Below are positions 48,875 to 59,221 of a DNA stretch of 64,000 bases, piece by piece (the stretch's first letter is position 1; every line of letters starts with the position of its first letter). The stretch is taken from assembly GCA_973895155.1 (NCBI GenBank), contig OZ316894.1:2434457-2498456 (forward strand), given 5' to 3'. A model generated the notes under the pieces. The model saw only the letters and a list, made by a program, of their open reading frames with translations, did no database searches and was not told where the DNA came from. Source of the stretch: Marsupella aquatica. Taxonomy: Eukaryota > Plantae > Marchantiophyta. Made by a program: the position numbers and the translations under genes.

Positions 48875-49239
48875 AGCTCAGAAAATCTGAGAAGGCTCTA
48901 GAGCTCTCCTCCTAAAAACGGTTAAGCATTGAGGCTCAAGAATGAAATCTCAGGGATCTAAGGTAGTTGCGCTACTATGGGAGAAGGAATGTACTGAAAA
49001 GAGATAGAAATGAAGGAGCTCTGATCAGGCGAAGCTCTCGAAATTGCAATTTCTTCAATTCCAAGAAATCAGAGAGCATCGATGATCCAATACTCCTCAA
49101 CGTCTCATCAATAGCAGTTCAAAATCGGGGTGAACATTCTGTAGGCAGCTGCGCTCCTATAGCAATTGAAATGAGCTCGAATGGTGGTCTAACGAGTGAG
49201 CACTGAGGGTCGAAGCTCGCGCTCTACTGCCGGCCGCCA

Positions 49240-49570
49240 TGGACGTCCCTCAAAGAAAACTGGAGAAAAAGGTTTGGGCCGGCGCGGACATCACATTAGG
49301 TCGTGGCGGGGTGGACGTCCCGGACGTCCCTACGTGGAGGCCGTCCAAGACGTCCTCGAGTTTTTCATGCGGGCCGGCGCGGAAGGAGTCGGCCGTCCTT
49401 AGCAAAAAATGGGTGCCATCCCGGCCGTCCCTGTGTAGAAGCCGTCCAAGCCGGCGCCGTCTTCGCCGTCTTTCGCGAGGAGGCCGTCCCGGCCGTCCCT
49501 GCGAGGAGGCCGTCTAGGCCGTCACCTCATTTTTGAAGCTCCTTTCTACTTCTTGCCGTCTTGACGTCTA
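49240..49570. repeat. CpG-rich array of short GG(A/C)CGTCC motifs upstream of the element B ORF
   Basis: About a dozen GGACGTCC/GGCCGTCC-like 8-mers within ~330 bp. Confidence 0.75.
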
Positions 49571-49737
49571 ATATGTGAAAACCAGAGTAGCCTTGACGTC
49601 TTCCAATGGTATCCTTACCCATTTGAGCTTATACTAGCTTAATTTTGCTTAAAGGGCCTTATAAAAACTTTAAAAATTTTAAAAATTTATGGTTTTGATA
49701 CTTTAACTCTCTTTTTTAGAATAATCACCTAATTACA

Positions 49738-52326
49738 GTCACTAGGTAGACTTGTGAGTTCCCAAGTCTTGTTATCATGAAGTGATTTCATTTCCATGCG
49801 CATCACCGCCTGCCACTGTTGCTTCTCCATAGAAGCTAGGACCTATCGAAATGAGGATGGATCTCCATCTTCTGTCACCAATGCATCAATAGATTCTTCA
49901 TCCAAATCCACTTGATCAGAAGGAAGCCAAGTTCTATACCTTTCCCGGGCTTGATGTTTGCGAGTTCCTCTTCGCAGTGAAGACTCTGACTGATCTGATT
50001 GTAGTGTGCTTTGCCTTACAGTGGTGTCAACATATTCTTTATCTGACACATCCTTTCCCCTTACATCCTCTAGAGGAGGAGATTGCTCTTTGTTAGTAGT
50101 AGGGAATTGATCTATCTCCCCCTCCTTCAATGATTTTTCTTCATTGAAGGATACATCCCGACTAACAAGTAACTTGCAATCAACTGGATCCCACAACCGA
50201 TAACCTTTAACTTCATGCTGATAACCAAGAAAAATACATTTCTGGGCTCTAGGATCCAGCTTAGTCCTATTGTTGCTAGGAACATGTGCATATGCTTCAC
50301 AACCAAAAACCCTAAGCTTTGAATAATCAGTAGGTCGATTGTGCCATAGCTCAAAGGGGGTTTTGTAAGTAATTGCCCGACTAGGAGAGAGATTTACTAG
50401 ATAAGCAGCTATGTTGACAGCTTCCGTCCAAAAGATTTGTGGCAATTTAGAGTGGCTCAACATGCTCCTTGCTCGCTCCAACAATGTGCGGTTGAGTCGC
50501 TCAGCAACACCATTTTGCTCAGGAGTGTACACAGTTGTGAGATGGTGAATAATTCCCTTATTTGCACAATACGTGTTGAACTCACCAGAGGTGTATTCAC
50601 CATCATTATCTGATCGTAGATATCTCACATTCTTTGCAGTATGTGTCTCAACTTGAGCTACCCATTATTTGAAGATGGAAAGCACTTCAAACTTATGGGC
50701 AATGAAATAAATCCAAACAAACCTTGAGTAATCATCGATAAACGATACATAGTATTGTTTGCCTGAATGTGAGGAAATCGGAGCAGGACCCCACACATCG
50801 GAATGAATATACTCAAGTACAACTTTAGAATGATGAATGGCAGTCGGAAATGGAGTTTTTGTTTTCTTGCCGACAATGTAATGATCACAAAAACTCAACT
50901 TGCATGCTTGCAATCCTGGTAGGAGATGTCGCTTGTGTAGGATTTCCAAAAAAAATTCACTCATGTGACCAAGTCGAGCATGCCATAAATTGATTTTCTC
51001 CTCCTGAGATGTGACCAGATTAACTTCGGCAAGAAGTGTGGTGCCTTCCAAGACATAGATGTTTCTTTTCCTCTTGCCAATAAAAACTTCAGTTGATCCA
51101 TGCGTGACTGTTAACACCCCATCAGTTGCACTCCAGTGATAACCCTTTGCATCCAAGTAGTCAAGAGAAATCAAATTCTTACACATTTCTGAAATGTGTC
51201 TGACATTTGATAGAGTACAGTACTTGCCACCGGGTAGTTGAATCTTTATGGATCCAATCCCTAAAACTTTGCAAGAATGATTATTTCCCATCAAAACAGA
51301 TCCGTTGATAGGAGTGTAGGATGAGAAAAGTTCACGCATATAGCACATGTGATACGAGCAAGCGGAATCCAAGATCCATTGACAATCCTCAACTTGGGAA
51401 GTGGTACACAATGCAAATCCTTCACTATCCTCTTCTCGAATAACTACTTGGGTTGAAGAACCGGCAACTTCCTTGAATGTGTCTTTGACGCGACAATCCT
51501 TCTTCATGTGGCCCACTTTGTCACACTTCTAACACTTTATCTCACGAGTAGACTTGGATGGTGATTTGGATCGAGATCTAGATCTGGATCTAAACCTCCT
51601 CCTACCAAAAGATTGGTCGTGGAACCTTCCTCGCTCCATGGGAAGTGGGTTAAACCTTTTGTTTTCATGAGATGGCTCCCTTGATTTGCCTCTTTCTACC
51701 AACAGTGTTGTTGATGATGAGGTTGAGGTAGGATGAGCTGAAGAAACCAGCTTAGACTGCATGTCATCGGTCAACAGGGCACTCACCACATCATTGTAGG
51801 ATATAGTTGTCTTATCACGGAATAGAAGAACTCGAGACAAAGATTGGTACGAAGGTGGTAGTGAACTCAAGAGTTGTAAGGCTTTCTTTTCTTCGCTCAA
51901 ATGCTCCCCCAAATTCTCTAGGTCAACCACAAGATCATTGAACTAATCGATATGATCTTGAATCTTGACTCCATCAGCCATTTTGAATTGCATGAGCTTC
52001 AGGCTTGCATACATTCAGTTTGACATCTCCTTCTTGTAGTACTTGTTGCGCAATGCTTGAAACAAGTCCGTCACCGTTTGTGTTGCTTTTTCCTCAAACT
52101 GCTTCTTCACATTGTTTTTCAGGTACATGCCAACAATACTTACCGCTTGATCCTGGAGATCATGCCAATCATCATCTTCCATCTCCTTGGGTTGAGATCT
52201 TAGTACCTTGCCTAGGCCCATCGCCCTAAGTGCATCCCTCACGTTACGTTCCCACATTGTATAGTCCATCCGACCATCAAATTTTTCCACCTCAAACCTT
52301 TGACCTCCAATCCTAGTAGTCGCCAT
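49738..52326 (-). pseudogene. Copia gag-protease-integrase and start of RT, with in-frame stops
   Basis: Gag FEVEKFDGR.DY.MW; zinc knuckle C*KCDKVGHMKKDC; protease WILDSACSYHM; LWHARLGH; integrase HSDVWGP, LRSDNDGEY and PEQNGVAERLNRTLLE. Stops near 52015, 51943, 51529, 50665 and 49843. Confidence 0.95.
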
Positions 52327-53095
52327 CGCTGGAATGCCAAATGTAGTGTGGAGTCATCTTCCGACAAGAATTAAACGTCGAATGCTCAGATGTGGGGTGT
52401 GAAAATAAGGCCAAAAATGAAAGTTGGTGAATTTTGAAACTGATCACTCCTATGTGTAGCCCACAAGGTAACGCTCCAAATTCTAAAAACGGTTTGTCAA
52501 ATGGGATCTCGAGTGCCGAGAATTTTTACTCCGACCGGAGGGGGGTAAAAGATGAAATAATTACCCCTCGAGGGAATCTCTTATGCCAAAGATTTCACTA
52601 GTATACTTTTTCAGAATTGAATGCACCAATACTTGCCTAGCTTCCCCAAGTATGCCTCTCCAAAAGTTGAAGTTGATCCGATTTTATTTGCCGCTCGGAA
52701 TTTTTGACCTTTGGTAAAAATTTAAGCCTCTGGAAAAAGAATCTTTTTGGGAAATTCCGTCCGCCCTTGTACAGCCCCTGTGGGGGACTTCACAGGGGGC
52801 ACTTCCCCCTGCCCGAGCCCTGTCGAGCCCTAAAAGGCCTCCTCAAAGTTTTCGACCTCCTTGCGCATCCGCGGAAGTCGCGACTACTCGCGGCAGAAAG
52901 TACCCCTCGGGGGATTCACTCAAATTCCCGTCTCAGTTTTTGATGAAATCCAATTCTGATTTCAGATTCAGAAAATTTGTTTCCGTTTCTGACCTTAGGC
53001 CTTCATTGCTTCACTAAAATGAGCCCCTGGTTGTGTGCTCCACACTTGTGAGAAGATTGAGTCCGATCTTCTTTCAATAGCTCCGCTTCAAAGAG

Positions 53096-53410
53096 GAAAT
53101 CAGATCAGGAAATACACTCCAAACATACACGTGCTCAATAGTTACGTGGTTCGCCTCAAGGTTGGCTACGTCCACGGGAAGACCAAACTTTATTAACGGT
53201 TATGTGTCTACTCAAGCATCACCATAGCTCCCATCTCTTCAAGCTCTCATCTCTTGCTATATCACTGTGTTCTCTCTTGAGAACTCTCTTGTGTGTTCTC
53301 ACACCACATAGAAGTTGAAGAGATAAGGACCAATTCTTCAACTAGGGTTTACTCTAACCCTAGTTAACATACTAACCATAGTTCAACCCAAGACTGAGTT
53401 AACCTCTACA
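53096..53410 (-). repeat. 5' LTR of the copia element (last 8 nt of U5 absent)
   Basis: Matches 44264-44578; followed on the + strand by the TSD AGGCC. Confidence 0.93.
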
Positions 53411-56400
53411 AGGCCCTTTGGATGCTCAAATCCAAAAACAAATGCAGTAACTTTGCAGCAGTAGTCTTCGAATCCACCTCCGCTACGCAAGGAGACTCTA
53501 CTTGACTTGAGGCACCACAAAACCTACAAAATGCTAATTTTTTGATAAACCTCGATATTTTATTGGATGACTAAAAGAGTATGTTTGAGCCCAAAAAGCT
53601 GTTTATTGTGGTCTCTTAAGTTCAGGCTACCCTCCTGAAAAATGCTGGGATGTTTTGGTGACACCTCCAAGACTCAATCCCATATCCTCATACATCACTA
53701 TTTTACAAAACTGCACTATTAATTTTGCAATTGTGCACTTTTCTTTAGGTACCTAGAGCACAGTTACTCAGAACCAAAACTTAGCTAGGTGCCTTTTTCA
53801 AATAAGTTAATAGAGTCCAAGTGAAGTGTAAAATTATTATGCTTTTGCAAAACAAATGACTTAAGAAAAGTTCCCAATTGTAGATTTTTCATGATATAAG
53901 ATTGAGTGTTAGGAGATGTCCAAAAAGTCCCAACTTTTTTCAGTAGGTAGATCACACCAAACAATTTTCAGCTCAAACAAAATCTCATCTCAGATCACCA
54001 AATAAAACAATAGGGATTATCAAAAATGAACATTTTGTAGGTTTTGTGGCACCCCCAGCCAGCCGGTAGTGGCACCGTGTGTATGGGCCTGTGTAGTGGT
54101 GGCGGACCCAATGACGACTGCTGCAGAGTTAGTGCATTTTTTTGAATTTTGATGCCCAACTGTCCAACAGGCCTGGCCACATCCAGAATCCATCTTTGGG
54201 GTCCATCAAGTCCAAAAGATGCTAGGGGTGCCTGGTTAAGTCCTCTCCTGAGATGCAGGGCACTTGGCGCAGGTCTTTGTGTCTTTTTTTCTTCTCCTTC
54301 ATTGTGTGGGTTTACTTGGATATATAACTCCTTTCCTAGTGATTCCTCCCATCCTTACATATCATTCTAATCTCTGCATGATCCCATTAGTTTGTTATCT
54401 CTAGTAACTGGCATCCTTACCCTGGGCCTTAACCATTCAGAACTTGCCTTGTAAATGCTGTTTGTAGTGGCATTATCTATGAAGAAACCAATGTCAACTT
54501 ACCAGTAAATCTCCTTAGCACCCATTCAGAACTTGTGTTATTCTTTTTTAGTACCTGGCAATATTGATGGTCTGTCTTCCAAATTTATGAAGAAACCAAT
54601 GTAGACTTTTTTGAGTATGGAGGATGGCCAGTTTTACAAACAAACCACTTGAGTGGCCCATTCTGTTGGCCTGTAAGTTACTAGGGTGACTTTACAGGAC
54701 ATTGGAGGCAAATGTCTACCCTCCTACATGGCAACCAGTGGGCCCAAGTAAATGCTGATGTGGAGTGCTCATTTTCTCTACAAGTTTATACCACCTGCAG
54801 AGGTGGCTCAAACATTTCCAAACTTTGGCTCCTTCATTAAAAGGATTAGCATTTGTTGAAGTTTGGTATGGAGTCTATGTTTAGACCAAAAAGTGGGCCT
54901 TCTAGTTTGTTTAATTTGCTGAAAAAAGTTCACAAGTGCCCCTGATCTCTTGTACGGCTACCTTTATATTATGGACAACTCTAAAATGTCTTGAGAACTT
55001 GTATCAATGTATAAAATGCTAGATAAGGATCTATCCTTTGGAAAGTGGCCAAACTCATCCATAGTAAGTTAGGCCCAGACTTCTCTGTCACTCAGTCTAG
55101 ATTGCATGTAAAATATATCCTGAAAGAATTGTAGATTTTTTGACGCAGCAACTAACCCAATCTTAAGAGTTTTTACTTAAATTGACAATATTTTTGGGAA
55201 AGTTAGAAGATTCATTTCATAAAGTAGGATCTTCCCAGACTTGCCATCATGCACAATTGCAAACTCCATTGTGGAGTCTGTAGCTCAACATTGGCACCAT
55301 CGTTTGTGGTAACTCTAACGGAGCTTTAAGAGATAAATTGCATGGGACTTGCCACCAGAGTACTTAAACCCTCAGCAGTTCAGTACTAGGTCTGATGGAG
55401 GCACTCAAGAATTGAATAATTCTGCCTCCTTTCCACTTCTCATTCATAGGACGTTGTCTCCATTGTATGCCGGCATGTCCAGGGGAATGTCCTTCACATG
55501 CCCCCAAGATATGTAGTTTGAGTGGTCATTTCTTAGGTAAGGTTAGATGTCTGATCTTGAATCAAGCTCGGACTAATCAAGAAAAAGTGCAGGAATGAAG
55601 GGAAGTTGTGCCCTATTAGCCCATTATCTTGCCCATTCTATAATGTATAGGCATTCAATCTTGATGTTCCAGACTTGGGGGGGGTATGTTTTGCAGAAGT
55701 GTCACATCATATGCAACAGAGTATATAACCATTAAATGGTCCTGAAGGAAGATTTCCATAATTTTGTAAGTTAATTTTTTTGGCCCATTTTAAGAATAAT
55801 AGGCCCTCATTAAATGGGTCATATAAACTATGGAATTGTCAAAGAAAGTTAGGGTTTTTTGTGTCATGTACATGCATGAGACATGTGGCATGTTTTAAAT
55901 TGGTACACCTGTCATTATGCAATTGGTACACGTGCATTCCCCCAATAAGGAAGTTTCAGAATTTCCCAAGAAAATAGCCTAAAGTATGCATGATTGGGTG
56001 TAGGGTTTGTTTCGTTATGTTTAGAGGCAAACCAATTTCCGGGCCAATTGTTGCTACTGTCATTGGAGGGCTATGGAAGGGCATAACCTGAGGAGGCCAT
56101 TCACGAGGCTATTAAGACTCCGGTAGGAATTGAGTGTTAGGTTAGGCTAGGGCTTTTGGTATTCATGTTTGGGATTCAGACCAGGGAGTGAAGGGGCAGC
56201 CAACCTGTCGCCTAGTTCTAGTGTTCAGTTTGCACACATTGCAGCTTCACGCAAACTAACTAAGGTCAAAAGTTTGAGCTTGATGCCACAGTCTATAATG
56301 GACTGTAAAGGAGATGGGGGATGTACTGTCAAGTGGAGAGGTGGAGAGGTGGAGTAAATTGGATTGAGTGGAAAGGCAAAGCAAATTGCATGATCCTTAA

Positions 56401-57827
56401 ATTTTGGGCTCTAGCTTATGAGTACTGTCTTATCTTTCCCTTTATTGCCTTCATTCATTCAGGATAAATTTTACTTTAAAAAAATTAGATTAAAATAACT
56501 GCTTTAAAGTAAATAAGGGCAAGAACTTATAAGTTAGGGGTTCCAGACCCAGAAACATTGCATGCAATGTATGTAAGACCCTCCATACAGTGCCCCCCCC
56601 CCCCCCAGTGACCCCGTCCCCCCCAACACAACCCAAAATTTTCCATAAAGTACAAAAATACAAAGAGGGATTTGCAAGTCAGATATCAGTCAAGCCTTTG
56701 TTGGAAAGACAAAAAACACTGCCTGCATTTGTAATGGAGGGGAAGCATTGTCTGGTTGCTCAGACTATTTGTAAGCAGGAGTTGCCCCCTGGGCCCTCAC
56801 TAAGGGAAATGTAATGAAATATACCTGTGACCAAAGGCCCCCTAGGTACCCCTTGTTATATTTTGGAGGAACATTAAAATTTACCTTGTTCGTTCTAAAA
56901 AGAATTTTCAGTCCTATATAAAACCTACCTATGTTATTATAATCAGACATATTTTGGAATTTAAAATACCCTTCATTTGCTATAAAAAATTACTCACCCT
57001 AGCTCCCCGCCTAGCTCGCAATCCTGACCCAGCTCCCCGCCCAGCTTGCAGTCCGCCCAATGTCAAACACTGGGTCAAACACGGGTCAAACACTTTCACC
57101 CAAACCCTGGCCCAAGATCACGCAAGCTCTGTAGATGATGAAGAACTCGCAAAGAAAGCCTGAAAGAAAGTGAGAAAGTGGGGCCCTAGCTGGGACCTCT
57201 CGGGAGACCCCTCCTGTCCTGCCTCAATGAGTCCCCTCCTCCCGCACTATCTCGCTCCCGGTCTCGCTAGCCCCTTGGACCCACTGATAATCCTGGCCAT
57301 CCGATCTAGGGCATCATACATCAGACGGCTCTTACAAAGTAGGAGGGGCAAGGGGGAACACAACACTCTTTGGGCACTCTTCCCCCCAAATCCCGTACAC
57401 CCAAATCCATTGGTATGTTGACACGTGGTCAAATCAACGGGTGACGCGTGTCATTGGGTATTTCCATGGCCCTTCAATTGAACAACTTTTGGACACATTA
57501 AAAAAGAGACTTCATTTATTCTAATCAACATTGGAGGTATATAAGGACCTTGTTGGTTAGAACCGTGTTATAATATTATTTGCAAAATTGATATTTCCCA
57601 TTGGACGTTTGCACGTATGTTTTGTTATTTTGTAAGCTGAGGGCCCAGGGGAGTTGCCCAAGGAATTTTTGGTTAGGAGCACATATTTGAGTAGAATGAA
57701 AGAAATACACAATTATAGTGCACACTAGCCTGGCCATTCTTTGAATGCAAATAGAGGGGGCATTCGAGTCCTTTGCCTCTTCACCGATTCCACCGTTCAA
57801 TTGGGTTCCAGCATGAGGAGTTCTGGA

Positions 57828-59221
57828 CAAAGAAGGACTTAACAGGACAGTCCCTTTGGCATCTTATGGACTTAACATGACTCCAAGATGCCATCATGAC
57901 TTAATAGGACCCCTGTGACTGCCCACCAGGATCTTGTTGGAGTGCATACAATAAGTCACGGTTGGCTGTTGAGTGTGTGTTTCACAGTTTGTAGGCACAG
58001 TATGTTTTAGCATAGACTTTAGCGAAGAGTTTAGGGGAGTCTTGAACAGGGTTGGGATAGCTAGGATGGCCCATAGCTCAATGCGGGAGGAGAGTTGATA
58101 GCTTACTGTTTTGAATGAGAAACCTTGGCAACCAATATCTCCAGTCTACTGAAGGAGGAAAACATTGCATGAACCTGTGTGGTCTTTGTTGGATTGTGGA
58201 CATTGCTCGATCGTGCACACCACACTTCAATCATTGGATTGTGTTGGGTGACTCAAGTGTTGGCAACTCCAAGATACCAGTTACGTACTGATGGAATCAT
58301 GGTTTTTGTTTACGGATTTAAGGTCAGCCCAAGCTGATTGCCTACTCTATTGATATTAGATCGCCCATTTAGAAGTGTGGAAAATTTTGAGTTGACAGGC
58401 CAGGAAGTGCTGTCCTTGCTCGATGGCAGGCGATTGAGCTTTGCCGTCGCCAAAAATTACTTGCAGCAGGGTGCGCCCTTTGTATTTCTATGGCGCCTTG
58501 AGTCATTGTTCAGAATTAATCGAGAAGAAAATCAACGTAGATTTCCCTCCGCTGGTCCGCGATAATGGACGATTCACAGAATAGGTCAAAATTTGAGGTC
58601 GACATCATAAACCATATGTGTGATCATCTTCAATTCTTGAACATTCGTCTAATGCCCCAAAAGTGTTAGCTGATATTTGATTTGAGACTGAATGAGTGAG
58701 CTAGAATCAAGATGTCACTGGCGCCTGCCGATGCTTTTGTTGAGAGGAAGTTCTATTTTGAGACTCCAGCTTAGTGGAGCTTTAGATGGTCTTCCAAGAC
58801 CTGTTCCAATCTACATTACATATCACAACATGTTTAGCTTCAATCCTGTTTAGTTTCGATCTTGTCATCTCTGTGTATTGTTGACTAAAACTCCTTGATC
58901 CCTTCCCCGACATTTGCTGTTCATGCATGGTACTGTTTGAAACTGACCTGGCCTGCTGCTTGCTGTTCATGCTTGCCTTAAACGCCTCTCCAAGAAGCTC
59001 AGCTAAATCACTCCGCTAAATCACCTCTACTCTGGTCCCAACTGCGCTGTACTGCATGGTGACCTGATGTTCTTGTATGACAATGACTCATGACCCGACG
59101 AGCACTCCATAAAAACCTAGTGACGGTGGGCAGTCACAGGGGTCCTATTAAGTCCTGATTGCATCTTGGAGTCCTGTTAAGTCCATAAGATGCGAGAGGG
59201 GTCCTGTTAAGTCCTTCTTTG
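57828..59221. mobile_element. Non-autonomous TIR DNA transposon (MULE/Foldback-like), 1.4 kb
   Basis: TIRs at 57828-57927 and 59125-59221 (CAAAGAAGGACTTAACAGGAC...GTCCTGTTAAGTCCTTCTTTG) contain internal GGACTTAACA sub-repeats. The flanking direct repeat is AGTTCTGGA (9 bp; 11 bp GAGTTCTGGAC if the termini are shifted by one). No transposase ORF. Confidence 0.88.

Larger units (their letters stand above)
45990..49737 (-). mobile_element. 3.75-kb TG...CA element with 5-bp TSD nested in the copia RT; probably a giant solo LTR carrying an ORF (element B)
   Basis: Begins TGTCGTATG, ends CTAATTACA, flanked by GTCAC (45985-45989 and 49738-49742). Removing it restores the copia frame NKTWELTSLPSD|KQAVDSKW. 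Its two ends are not repeats of each other and it has no pol. Confidence 0.9.
44256..53410 (-). mobile_element. Ty1/copia LTR retrotransposon (Tnt1/Tork-like), decayed, with a nested insertion
   Basis: Direct LTRs at 44256-44578 and 53096-53410; TSD AGGCC (44251-44255 and 53411-53415); gag-PR-INT-RT-RH order on the minus strand; polypurine tract adjacent to the left LTR. Confidence 0.96.
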
